Positions 7,871 to 16,066 of a stretch of DNA of 28,175 bases are shown here, piece by piece. The notes beneath the pieces were generated by a model, which worked only from the letters and a program-made list of their open reading frames with translations, was not told the origin of the DNA and searched no databases. The stretch is taken from the NCBI GenBank assembly GCA_029266815.1, contig JAQSWC010000005.1, positions 1 to 28,175 of the forward strand, in the 5' to 3' direction. The number at the start of each line of letters is the position of its first letter. Position 1 is the first letter of the stretch. Origin of the DNA: Paucimonas sp. (GTDB lineage: Bacteria > Pseudomonadota > Gammaproteobacteria > Burkholderiales > Burkholderiaceae_D). The translations under genes and the position numbers were made by a program.

Positions 7871-8914
7871 ATGAGTCCGTTAAAGCTCATCAAACGATGC
7901 GCTCACAAGCTCGCGTATCGGGTGCTTGGAGAGCACGCTCTCGGCGAAAAGGCGCCCTGGGAGATTCTTTTTCGGGATACAGCGAATGCTGAAGACATCT
8001 TCTACTGCTTCCGGTTGATTCTCGGACGTTCCCCCAACCGCGAAGAATGGAAGGGCCACATGGGCATGGCCGGCCTCGACATCCATGAAGTCGTTCGCAA
8101 CTACTTCAACTCGCTCGAGTTTTCGCGTCGCATCGCGAAACTCCTTGACCGGCGAATCGATCCGAACGTAAAGCTCGTCAAGCTGGACGATTTTTCCATC
8201 TACACTCAAGAATCCGACATTGCAGTCGGAAGATGGGTAGCGGAAGGGCATTACGAGCCGCATGTCACTGCAATTTTCCGGGACCGATTGAGGCAAGGCA
8301 TGCACGTGCTCGACGTCGGGGCCAATATCGGCTATTTCACGATGCTGGCGGCCGCTTTGGTCAGTCAGTCGGGCAGCGTAATGGCGATCGAACCCAATCC
8401 CGACAATGCCAAGCTGCTCGAATCAAGCCGTCGGGCAAACACGTTCGATCATGTAGCAGTGGTACAGGCCGCAGCCGGACATGAAATGGGCCTACTCCTC
8501 CTGAACACGCTGCACAGCAACGGCACGACCGCGGCGCTGTATGACAATTTCGATACGCTTGCGAACGCCCTTACGGTACCGGCTCTACCTATTGATATGC
8601 TCCTTCACCAAAAGCGTAAAGTCGATTTCATCAAGATTGACGTCGAGGGTGCAGAATATAATGCCCTGCTTGGCGCGCGGCACACCATCGAACGCGACCA
8701 CCCGACCATTGTCAGCGAATTCAGCCCAGGCCTGTTAAAAGGGATTTCCGGAGTAACAGGCGCCGAGTATCTGCAGTTCTTGCTCGGATTCGGATACCGC
8801 ATTTCGATTATTGAACAGGATGGCGGGCTTTCACTTTGCGGCAGTGATGTGGAAAAAGTGATGAACGCCTATGTCGCTAGCGGCATCGATCATATCGACC
8901 TTCTGCTAGACTGA
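7871..8914 (+). CDS. FkbM-family methyltransferase with N-terminal DUF4214-like helical domain
   Basis: VLDVGANIGY, EPNPDN and IKIDVEGAE. N-terminal FRLILGRSP..E....F.SLEF segment. Confidence 0.88.
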   Translation: MSPLKLIKRCAHKLAYRVLGEHALGEKAPWEILFRDTANAEDIFYCFRLILGRSPNREEWKGHMGMAGLDIHEVVRNYFNSLEFSRRIAKLLDRRIDPNVKLVKLDDFSIYTQESDIAVGRWVAEGHYEPHVTAIFRDRLRQGMHVLDVGANIGYFTMLAAALVSQSGSVMAIEPNPDNAKLLESSRRANTFDHVAVVQAAAGHEMGLLLLNTLHSNGTTAALYDNFDTLANALTVPALPIDMLLHQKRKVDFIKIDVEGAEYNALLGARHTIERDHPTIVSEFSPGLLKGISGVTGAEYLQFLLGFGYRISIIEQDGGLSLCGSDVEKVMNAYVASGIDHIDLLLD

Positions 8915-8963
8915 CGTCCCCCTGCGGACAATACATCTGCCACCAACACAGTGCACATACAGG

Positions 8964-10229
8964 ATGGATGATTTTTACCGCGCATTCGAAGACCGCCACC
9001 GCGGGTCACGCGACGTGATCAAGTCGCGGCTCCGCGTCTACCTCCCCTTCGTGCGGCCACTTGTAAGCGCGTCTCATGACCCGGTTGCGCTCGATCTCGG
9101 TTGCGGGCGCGGCGAATGGCTGGAGCTCTTGTCCGAGCATGGATTCAGGGCGCGTGGTGTGGATCTCGATGCCGGCATGCTGGCCGCGTGCCGCGAACGT
9201 GGCCTCGATGCAATTCAAGCCGATGCGATCACCACACTACGTTCGCTTGATGCTTCAAGTGTGGCGGTGGTATCGGCTTTTCACGTCGTAGAGCATATTC
9301 CCTTTGAGGCCGCGCGTGAGCTGATTCGCGAATCGCTACGGGTGCTGCATCCCGGAGGCCTGCTAATTCTCGAGACACCCAATCCGGAAAACCTGGTTGT
9401 CGGAACATCGCTGTTTTACCAGGATCCCTCACATGTCAATCCGATTCCGCCCGAATTACTCTCTTTCGCTGTCGAACACGCAGGATTCCCGCGCGTAAAA
9501 ACCGTGCGCCTGCAGGAAGACCCCCTGCTACTCGACGAAGCGCGTCCACCCGGACTGTTCCATGTTTTGTCGGGTGTTAGCCCGGATTACAGTGTGGTGG
9601 CACAGAAGGATGCACCGCCCGCGACATTGGAATTGTTCGAGGCGGCATTTAATACAGAGCACGGACTGACATTACCTTCCCTGTCTGCACGTTATGATGA
9701 CCTGGCGAATCGCCGCGAGGCAGTATTGCGTGCACTTCTTTCAGAAGCGGAAAAAAGACTAGCACAAAGCGATGCTGGTCTCGCCCAGTCGATTGCGCAA
9801 TTGGATAGCCGCCTCTGTCAGGCAGAAACATCCGCGTCTCGTGCCGAAGAACATGCCGCCGCGCTGTACCAGCAGCTTAACGCCGTGCTGCACAGCCGGT
9901 CATGGCGAATGACGGCACCACTGCGGTACGCGGGGCATCAGGCGAGGAGGGTACGTTCGGCTTTTCGTGAAAATCGCGTTAAGAGCGGCACCCTGCGGCG
10001 GATTCGGCCGGCTCTCAAAGCGATGGCGCATGCGGCAAGCAATCGTCCATACCTAAGCAAGCCGCTCTTGGCACTGCTCGCACGATTTCCGTCGTTCAAA
10101 CGCCGCCTGCACGATGCGCTTAAAGAACCTCCTAAAACCATTGCGCCACCTGCCCCTTTGGGACTTTCGCCGCGCTCTGCCCGTTTGCTTGGCAAGCTTA
10201 AGCGCTCCATCGAATCGAAGAGACTGTAA
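8964..10229 (+). CDS. wbdD: WbdD-like chain-terminating methyltransferase with coiled-coil tail
   Basis: FYRAFEDRHRGS..IKSRL.VYLPF N-terminus resembles E. coli O8 WbdD as I recall it. LDLGCGRGEW and FY.DPSH motifs. Heptad-rich segment ending SRSWRMTAPLR. TAATG-coupled to a WbdA-like gene. Confidence 0.75.
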   Translation: MDDFYRAFEDRHRGSRDVIKSRLRVYLPFVRPLVSASHDPVALDLGCGRGEWLELLSEHGFRARGVDLDAGMLAACRERGLDAIQADAITTLRSLDASSVAVVSAFHVVEHIPFEAARELIRESLRVLHPGGLLILETPNPENLVVGTSLFYQDPSHVNPIPPELLSFAVEHAGFPRVKTVRLQEDPLLLDEARPPGLFHVLSGVSPDYSVVAQKDAPPATLELFEAAFNTEHGLTLPSLSARYDDLANRREAVLRALLSEAEKRLAQSDAGLAQSIAQLDSRLCQAETSASRAEEHAAALYQQLNAVLHSRSWRMTAPLRYAGHQARRVRSAFRENRVKSGTLRRIRPALKAMAHAASNRPYLSKPLLALLARFPSFKRRLHDALKEPPKTIAPPAPLGLSPRSARLLGKLKRSIESKRL

Positions 10230-13200
10230 TGCGCATTCTGATTGATCTGCAGGGCGCCCAGACCGAAAGCCGCTTTCGTGGAATCGGCCGTTATTCGCTC
10301 GCGCTGGCAACAGCCATTGCACGCAATGCTGGGCCTCATGAAATCAGCCTCTTGCTCAACGGTGCGCTCAGGCCGAGCATTCCGGATTTGCGTCGAGCCT
10401 TCGCCGGACTGGTGCCCAAGGAGCGCATCCATGTATTTGACGTCCCCCTCCATGTTGCCGAGCACGACGACACCAATTGTTGGCGAGCGCGTGCAGCCGA
10501 GCTTATTCGCGAACAGGTGATCGCGCAGTTGAGTCCGGATGCGGTGCTAATCACGAGCCTGTTCGAAGGTTTCGTGGATGACGCCGTGACGTCAGTGGGA
10601 GCATTTGCGGACGGATCACGTACCGCAGTCATACTCTATGACCTGATTCCACTGCTGAACGCCGACAAGTACTTGAGCACGCCACAACAACGGCGGTATT
10701 ACCATCGAAAAATCGAATCGCTGAAGCGGGCAGCGCTTTTGCTGTCAATCTCGGATTATTCACGCAAAGAAGCGATTGATGCGCTTGACTTCGGTGAAGA
10801 CCATGTAATTGCTATCTCGACGGCAGTCGATCCCGATTTCAAGCCGGACGAGCGCTCCGCCGGGGAAACCGAATTACTGAAGCGGCGCTTAGGCATTTCG
10901 CGCGAAATGGTGCTGTATGCGCCTGGAGGATTCGATGCACGCAAGAACGTCAGTGGCCTAATAGAAGCCTATGCCCTGCTGCCGGCGGAAGTGCGTGCTG
11001 CTCACCAGCTGGTAATAGCCAGTAGTATCGACGAGGCCAGCCGAAGGACGCTGATTTTGGCCGCCCGAAATGCAGGCCTGAACGACGGAGAGCTGGTATT
11101 GACTGGCTATGTGCCCGATCCGGATTTGAGAGCGCTGTACAGCTCGGCGAAGCTTTTCGTTTTTCCTTCCAAACATGAGGGATTTGGGCTACCTGCGCTT
11201 GAAGCGATGGCTTGCGGTGCAGCAGTGATCGGATCCAGCACCACCAGCGTGCCCGAGGTGATTGGCCTGGAAGAAGCGCTGTTTGACCCCTCGTCGCCAC
11301 TATTGATTATGCAGTCCATGAAGCGCGCTCTCGACGACTCTGCGATGCGTGACCGTCTCCGCGAGCATGGACGTATGCAGGCAAGGAAGTTTTCCTGGGA
11401 TACGAGCGCCCAACGCGCACTTGCAGCGATCAAGCAGCGCTTCGGCAAGCCATCTGTGACCGAAACGGCACCCCGGACTGCCAAGCCCCGACTTGCCTTC
11501 GTAACGCCACTTCCTCCGGAACGGACAGGTATTGCCAATTACAGCCGCGAACTGCTGCCCGCGCTGTTGCCGCACTTTGACGTCAAACTAGTCGTCGCCC
11601 AAAACTCCGTCGAGCTGCCGCCTGAACTCTCCAGTCTGCCCTGTCATTCAGCGGAGTGGTTCGCTATTCATGCACGCGAGTTCGATCGCATCATCTATCA
11701 GTTTGGCAACAGCCCCTTTCACAGTCACATGTTCGAGTTGCTGCGCCTGCATCCTGGGGTAGTCGTGCTGCATGATTTCTATCTTTCAGGTGCTTTGGCC
11801 TACGAAGAAACGTCAGGCAACATGCCAGGCGTATGGTCCCGTGCACTCTACGAATCTCACGGGTTCCGCGCACTTCAGGATCGTCGCGCGGACGCCGAAG
11901 GCGCAAAACGCGACTATCCATGCAACTTGGAGGTGCTTCAGAATGCGCGTGGAGTGATTGTGCATTCCGAATACTCCTGCAAGCTCGCGCGGCAATGGTA
12001 TGGTGAAAACGCCGCTTCGAGGTGGACCGTGATACCGCATCTCCGCTCGCCTGCTGTCCAGATAGGCCGCACAGAAGCTCGTGCGAAGCTGGGCTTGCCG
12101 GAGGCAGCGTTCATCGTCTGCAGCTTTGGTTTCATCGATCCAACAAAACAGACCCTAAGGCTGGTCGATGCCTGGCTAGCCTCTAAGCTGGCTAAGGACT
12201 TGCATTGCGAGCTGATTCTGGTGGGGGAGAATCATGGCGGAAGCTATGGCCGCGAACTCGCCGCACGACTTGATGCAAGCGGCGCTCGGATCCGGATCAC
12301 CGGTTGGACCGACGATTCTGCCTATCAGCTATACCTTCAGGCGGCAGATGCTTGTGTGCAGCTACGCAGTTCTTCGCGCGGCGAAACCTCGGGCGCAGTG
12401 CTGCATTGTCTGAACCACGGTCTGCCAACCATAGTGAACGCGAATGGCTCGATGGCCGATCTCGCCGATGAAGCAGTTCTCAAGCTCCCTGACGCGTTCG
12501 AGGACAAAGAGCTGGTCTGCGCACTGGAGGGATTGCGCACAAGCCCGGATACCCGTGCAAAACTTGCTCATAATGCCCGCAGCCTCATCCGGACCCGCCA
12601 CAGTCCCGCCGAGTGCGCGCGCCTGTATGCGGAAGCGATTGAACGTTTTCATGAAAATTCCCGCACCGATGTTGATTCACTGATCAATAAGGTCGCTGAT
12701 CTTTCCGAGCTGCCTGCCGAGGATCTGTCGCTGCAGCAAATTGCCCGCGCCATCGCTGGTTCTTGTGCAGAACAGCCGCGCCTGAAACAATTGCTGGTCG
12801 ACGTGTCGGCAGTCTCCCGCCAAGATCTGCGCACGGGCATCGAGCGCGTAGTACGAGCCCAGCTGGGTGCATTGCTGAAGGCGCCTCCGCATGGCTGGCG
12901 AGTGGAACCGGTCGCATTGACATCGGAGGGCGGCACTCTGCACTACCGGTATGCGCGCACCTATGCCGCCCGACTTCTTGATATCGAATCGCCCCTTGCG
13001 GACGAACCGGTGGACATCTACGCGGGCGATGTTTTTTATTCTCCTGATCTTTATCCCTCTGGTGTCATCGACGCTGCCCACGGCGGGATCTACGAAGACT
13101 GGCGTGCGCACGGGGTGGACATTAATTTCCTCGTTCACGACATCCTGCCGTTGCAGCGTCCGGAATTTTTCCCCAGGGGTGCGGAGCAGGGACATGCGGC

Positions 13201-14059
13201 CTGGCTTGACTGCGTGGCCCGTCATTCGGACCGCTTGGTCTGCATATCGCATGCCGTTGCGACTGAAGTCAGACAATGGCTGGAGAAACAGGAACATCCC
13301 TGCAAGGCGTACTTACAGTATGCGGTAATTCATCATGGTGCGGACATCGAAGCACCCTCCCCAAGCGCCGGAATGCCACCTGACGCGGACCGTGTCGTTT
13401 CCCGGATTTCCGCCGCGCCTAGCTATCTGATGGTTGGCACAATCGAACCGCGCAAGGGCCATCTGCAGGCAATCAGCGCCTTCGAGCAGCTGTGGGCATC
13501 CGGCGCGGACGTCAATCTCGTGATTGTTGGCAAGGAAGGCTGGACGCATCTTCCCGACGAAGAGCGCCGTACAATTCCGCAGATCGTCGCACGCCTGCGC
13601 TCGCATCCCGAGCTGGGCCGCAGGCTGTTCTGGCTTCAGGGCGTCAGCGATGAATACCTTCAACGCATCTATGCGGCATGCACTGCCCAGTTGTTCGCGA
13701 GCGAAGGCGAAGGTTTTGGCCTGCCGTTGATCGAAGGCGCGCAGGTTGGCTTGCCGCTCATTGCACGTGATCTTCCTGTATTCCGGGAAATCGCAGGCGA
13801 TCACGCTTTTTATTTTGACGGACTAGATCCCACCCGGATTGCTGATGCTGTGCGCGAATGGATGAGGTTGCAGGAAGCAGACCGCACTCCGTCAGTCGCC
13901 GGAATGGAATGGCGCTCCTGGGCCCAGAATGCCCAGGAGCTTGCGGCCATCCTGCTCGGCGACCGGCAGGACAGTACCAATTCGCAGGCAGGTAGCGACC
14001 TGCAAAGTGCCGTTGTGCCAGTCCGCGGCGGCAGTCTGCCAACCTTCATGGAGAAATGA
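10229..14059 (+). CDS. wbdA: WbdA-like polymerase with three GT4 glycosyltransferase domains
   Basis: MRILIDLQGAQTESRFRGIGRYS start as in O8 WbdA/MtfA. Three GT-B modules: HEGFGLPALEA, RGETSGAVL and GEGFGLPLIE. Confidence 0.8.
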   Translation: MRILIDLQGAQTESRFRGIGRYSLALATAIARNAGPHEISLLLNGALRPSIPDLRRAFAGLVPKERIHVFDVPLHVAEHDDTNCWRARAAELIREQVIAQLSPDAVLITSLFEGFVDDAVTSVGAFADGSRTAVILYDLIPLLNADKYLSTPQQRRYYHRKIESLKRAALLLSISDYSRKEAIDALDFGEDHVIAISTAVDPDFKPDERSAGETELLKRRLGISREMVLYAPGGFDARKNVSGLIEAYALLPAEVRAAHQLVIASSIDEASRRTLILAARNAGLNDGELVLTGYVPDPDLRALYSSAKLFVFPSKHEGFGLPALEAMACGAAVIGSSTTSVPEVIGLEEALFDPSSPLLIMQSMKRALDDSAMRDRLREHGRMQARKFSWDTSAQRALAAIKQRFGKPSVTETAPRTAKPRLAFVTPLPPERTGIANYSRELLPALLPHFDVKLVVAQNSVELPPELSSLPCHSAEWFAIHAREFDRIIYQFGNSPFHSHMFELLRLHPGVVVLHDFYLSGALAYEETSGNMPGVWSRALYESHGFRALQDRRADAEGAKRDYPCNLEVLQNARGVIVHSEYSCKLARQWYGENAASRWTVIPHLRSPAVQIGRTEARAKLGLPEAAFIVCSFGFIDPTKQTLRLVDAWLASKLAKDLHCELILVGENHGGSYGRELAARLDASGARIRITGWTDDSAYQLYLQAADACVQLRSSSRGETSGAVLHCLNHGLPTIVNANGSMADLADEAVLKLPDAFEDKELVCALEGLRTSPDTRAKLAHNARSLIRTRHSPAECARLYAEAIERFHENSRTDVDSLINKVADLSELPAEDLSLQQIARAIAGSCAEQPRLKQLLVDVSAVSRQDLRTGIERVVRAQLGALLKAPPHGWRVEPVALTSEGGTLHYRYARTYAARLLDIESPLADEPVDIYAGDVFYSPDLYPSGVIDAAHGGIYEDWRAHGVDINFLVHDILPLQRPEFFPRGAEQGHAAWLDCVARHSDRLVCISHAVATEVRQWLEKQEHPCKAYLQYAVIHHGADIEAPSPSAGMPPDADRVVSRISAAPSYLMVGTIEPRKGHLQAISAFEQLWASGADVNLVIVGKEGWTHLPDEERRTIPQIVARLRSHPELGRRLFWLQGVSDEYLQRIYAACTAQLFASEGEGFGLPLIEGAQVGLPLIARDLPVFREIAGDHAFYFDGLDPTRIADAVREWMRLQEADRTPSVAGMEWRSWAQNAQELAAILLGDRQDSTNSQAGSDLQSAVVPVRGGSLPTFMEK

Positions 14060-14799
14060 TGAATTCCTATTTTCAGAAACATAAAGCTGAACTGATTGAC
14101 GCGCCGGAAGGCACGTTCAATTGGTGGCACAGCATGCCGCTGCCAAATGGAAAACGCATCAGCGGTGCCAGCGAGGACAAGGACCTCCAGTTCAAGATGT
14201 GGCAAGCTCTTCGAATTCCAAACGAAGGCGGGTTGTCAGGAAAGCGTGTACTCGATATCGGCGCCAACGATGGATTCTTTTCCATCGCCGCCCTGATGGC
14301 AGGGGCAGAATCGGTGACGTCCGTCGACAAAGATTGGAAAAGCTGGCCCGGAAACATTCGCTATGCCAGTGGCGCCTGGGACGTCCAACCGAACATCATC
14401 ACGGCTGATTTCCGCACTCATAATTTCAACCAGCAATACGACGTGATCTTTTTTTTAGGGGTGATTTACCACCTGGAAGACGTGTTTACTTGCATGAAAA
14501 TGCTGCGCGAACTGGTAGCGGACCAAGGCGTGATCTATATGGAAACCCAGATGTCAGGTATCCACAGCGAACTGCCGATTTTCGAATTTGCCAGCGACAT
14601 CTATCCGACCATTGCTGGCCAAGGCAAGGACAAGCGGGATATGGTGGGCATCAGCAATTACCTTTTCCCTAACGAACCGGCTGTGCGCAATCTGGCGCAT
14701 ACCTACGATTTCGAGTATGAGTCACTCGACGGGCCTGATAACGTCTATTCACAGGAATTACCTGCACGTAGAATTTTCAAATTCACCAAGCTGGCGTGA
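14056..14799 (+). CDS. Class I SAM-dependent methyltransferase (DUF1698/CmoB-like fold)
   Basis: WWHSMPLPNG, VLDIGANDGFFS and YDVIFFLGVIYHL. ATGA overlap with wbdA and a GGAG SD. Confidence 0.8.
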   Translation: MMNSYFQKHKAELIDAPEGTFNWWHSMPLPNGKRISGASEDKDLQFKMWQALRIPNEGGLSGKRVLDIGANDGFFSIAALMAGAESVTSVDKDWKSWPGNIRYASGAWDVQPNIITADFRTHNFNQQYDVIFFLGVIYHLEDVFTCMKMLRELVADQGVIYMETQMSGIHSELPIFEFASDIYPTIAGQGKDKRDMVGISNYLFPNEPAVRNLAHTYDFEYESLDGPDNVYSQELPARRIFKFTKLA

Positions 14800-15852
14800 T
14801 CAGGCGCGGCCTATTTTCTGAATCCAGAGACTGACCCCGCAATTTCTGAACGGGCTTCCTTCCGGCTGCACCGTACACAAGGGCAGTTGACGCTCGAGGA
14901 AATCCCAATGCTGGTGCGCGAACCAGTCGTTGAAGAACAGTATCTTGTAGCCCGGGTTTGACAAGAGGAACGCGCGTAGCAAATAGGCTTCATTCCATGC
15001 CCTTCCCTCCTTCAGCCATTCGATGGGATAGTCGAAATTGCGGAAAATGTCGTGGAAATGGATAACAACGCCGTCCTGTAGAACGGGTAGCACCTTGAAA
15101 ATCAGATGGTTGACGTCGCTGCCGAATTTGGCGACATGTGAAGAATCGATAAAAAGAATGTCATTGGCCTCTAATGCACGGAACACGTCAAGCGGCACAT
15201 CCTGAACCTTCTTCTCAAGAATGGAGTACCGCTCCCTGTCTTTCCCGCTGAGACGACCGTACAAGGTTTCTGGATAAGGTTCGATGAAGGTGATATCGGT
15301 CCTGCCATCAAGGAAGGCTTCGCAGGTATCGATCATCGCGGCTGATGAAAATCCGCTGCCGACTTCGACGATGCGCCGGGGCCGGAAGTGGCGGATGAAG
15401 CAATACAGCGTAATGCCATCGAAATAGTTGAAGCGACCGTTGTTGAGATGGTAGCGATATCCATCCGCGGCATCGCGCGGAAAAGGCAGTTCATCGTAGT
15501 ACGTCTTGAAGGTTTGCGCCAGCGCAAGCTGCGCTTCCCCATTCGCCACATCTTCGTCGACGGAATGAAGTGCTCGGTCCTCATACCGCTCCTCGTAGTC
15601 TTCGACGGCCGGAACAGGCGAATAAAAATGGCCATCGGGAGCGAATTGCGGTCTCGTAGGACCGACATTGAAACGGCCAACCGATTCGCCGCTCGCCGCA
15701 AACACCTGGAACAACGCCTCTCTCGTCATCCCTTTGGACAACGCTTCCATGTGATGCGCCTTACCACCGGCGTCGGGATCGCGCGCCAGGAAATATCGGT
15801 AGCAATGCGTGACGAATTCTTCGTCGGTAGCTTGAGGCAAAAGTGTCTGCAT
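14800..15852 (-). CDS. Class I SAM-dependent methyltransferase (Methyltransf_24-like) with N-terminal DUF4214-like domain
   Basis: IVEVGSGFSS, LFIDSSH and GVVIHFHD. N-terminal DEEFV..CYRYFLARDPD.GG...M.AL..GMTR. Start trimmed to ATG 15852 (MQTLL) because the upstream in-frame extension looks non-coding. Confidence 0.82.
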   Translation of the reverse strand: MQTLLPQATDEEFVTHCYRYFLARDPDAGGKAHHMEALSKGMTREALFQVFAASGESVGRFNVGPTRPQFAPDGHFYSPVPAVEDYEERYEDRALHSVDEDVANGEAQLALAQTFKTYYDELPFPRDAADGYRYHLNNGRFNYFDGITLYCFIRHFRPRRIVEVGSGFSSAAMIDTCEAFLDGRTDITFIEPYPETLYGRLSGKDRERYSILEKKVQDVPLDVFRALEANDILFIDSSHVAKFGSDVNHLIFKVLPVLQDGVVIHFHDIFRNFDYPIEWLKEGRAWNEAYLLRAFLLSNPGYKILFFNDWFAHQHWDFLERQLPLCTVQPEGSPFRNCGVSLWIQKIGRA

Positions 15853-16027
15853 AGGAGTGTAATAAGGATATGGATACGAAGGCGGATTCGTTCCAGGTCT
15901 GGAACAGCGGGTAAGCATCTTACGGCATGACAGCGCGGTGCAAGGCAATCCAGGCACTACCGTTTCCTGATTTTCTGAAGTCCGTTTGAAAACCAGAATT
16001 AGCAGGTTCCAAAGAAAAGGAGCTGCG

Positions 16028-16039
16028 CATACTACCGCC
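16028..16039 (-). promoter_or_regulatory. ops-like element (GGCGGTAGTATG)
   Basis: Exact match to the GGCGGTAGnnTG RfaH ops consensus, intergenic within a glycan cluster. Its orientation (towards a single gene) is atypical. Confidence 0.35.
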
Positions 16040-16054
16040 GGGTGCCGGTACTAA

Positions 16055-16060
16055 TATAAT
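16055..16060 (+). promoter_or_regulatory. Consensus -10 box 6 nt before the ATG (possible leaderless start)
   Basis: TATAAT-acgcgc-ATG(16067), with no SD and no good -35. Confidence 0.45.
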
Positions 16061-16066
16061 ACGCGC

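Noticed and set aside
15853-15957. Upstream extension of the minus-strand methyltransferase ORF
   Set aside because: Pro/Cys/Tyr-rich and non-protein-like; domain similarity begins after Met at 15852.
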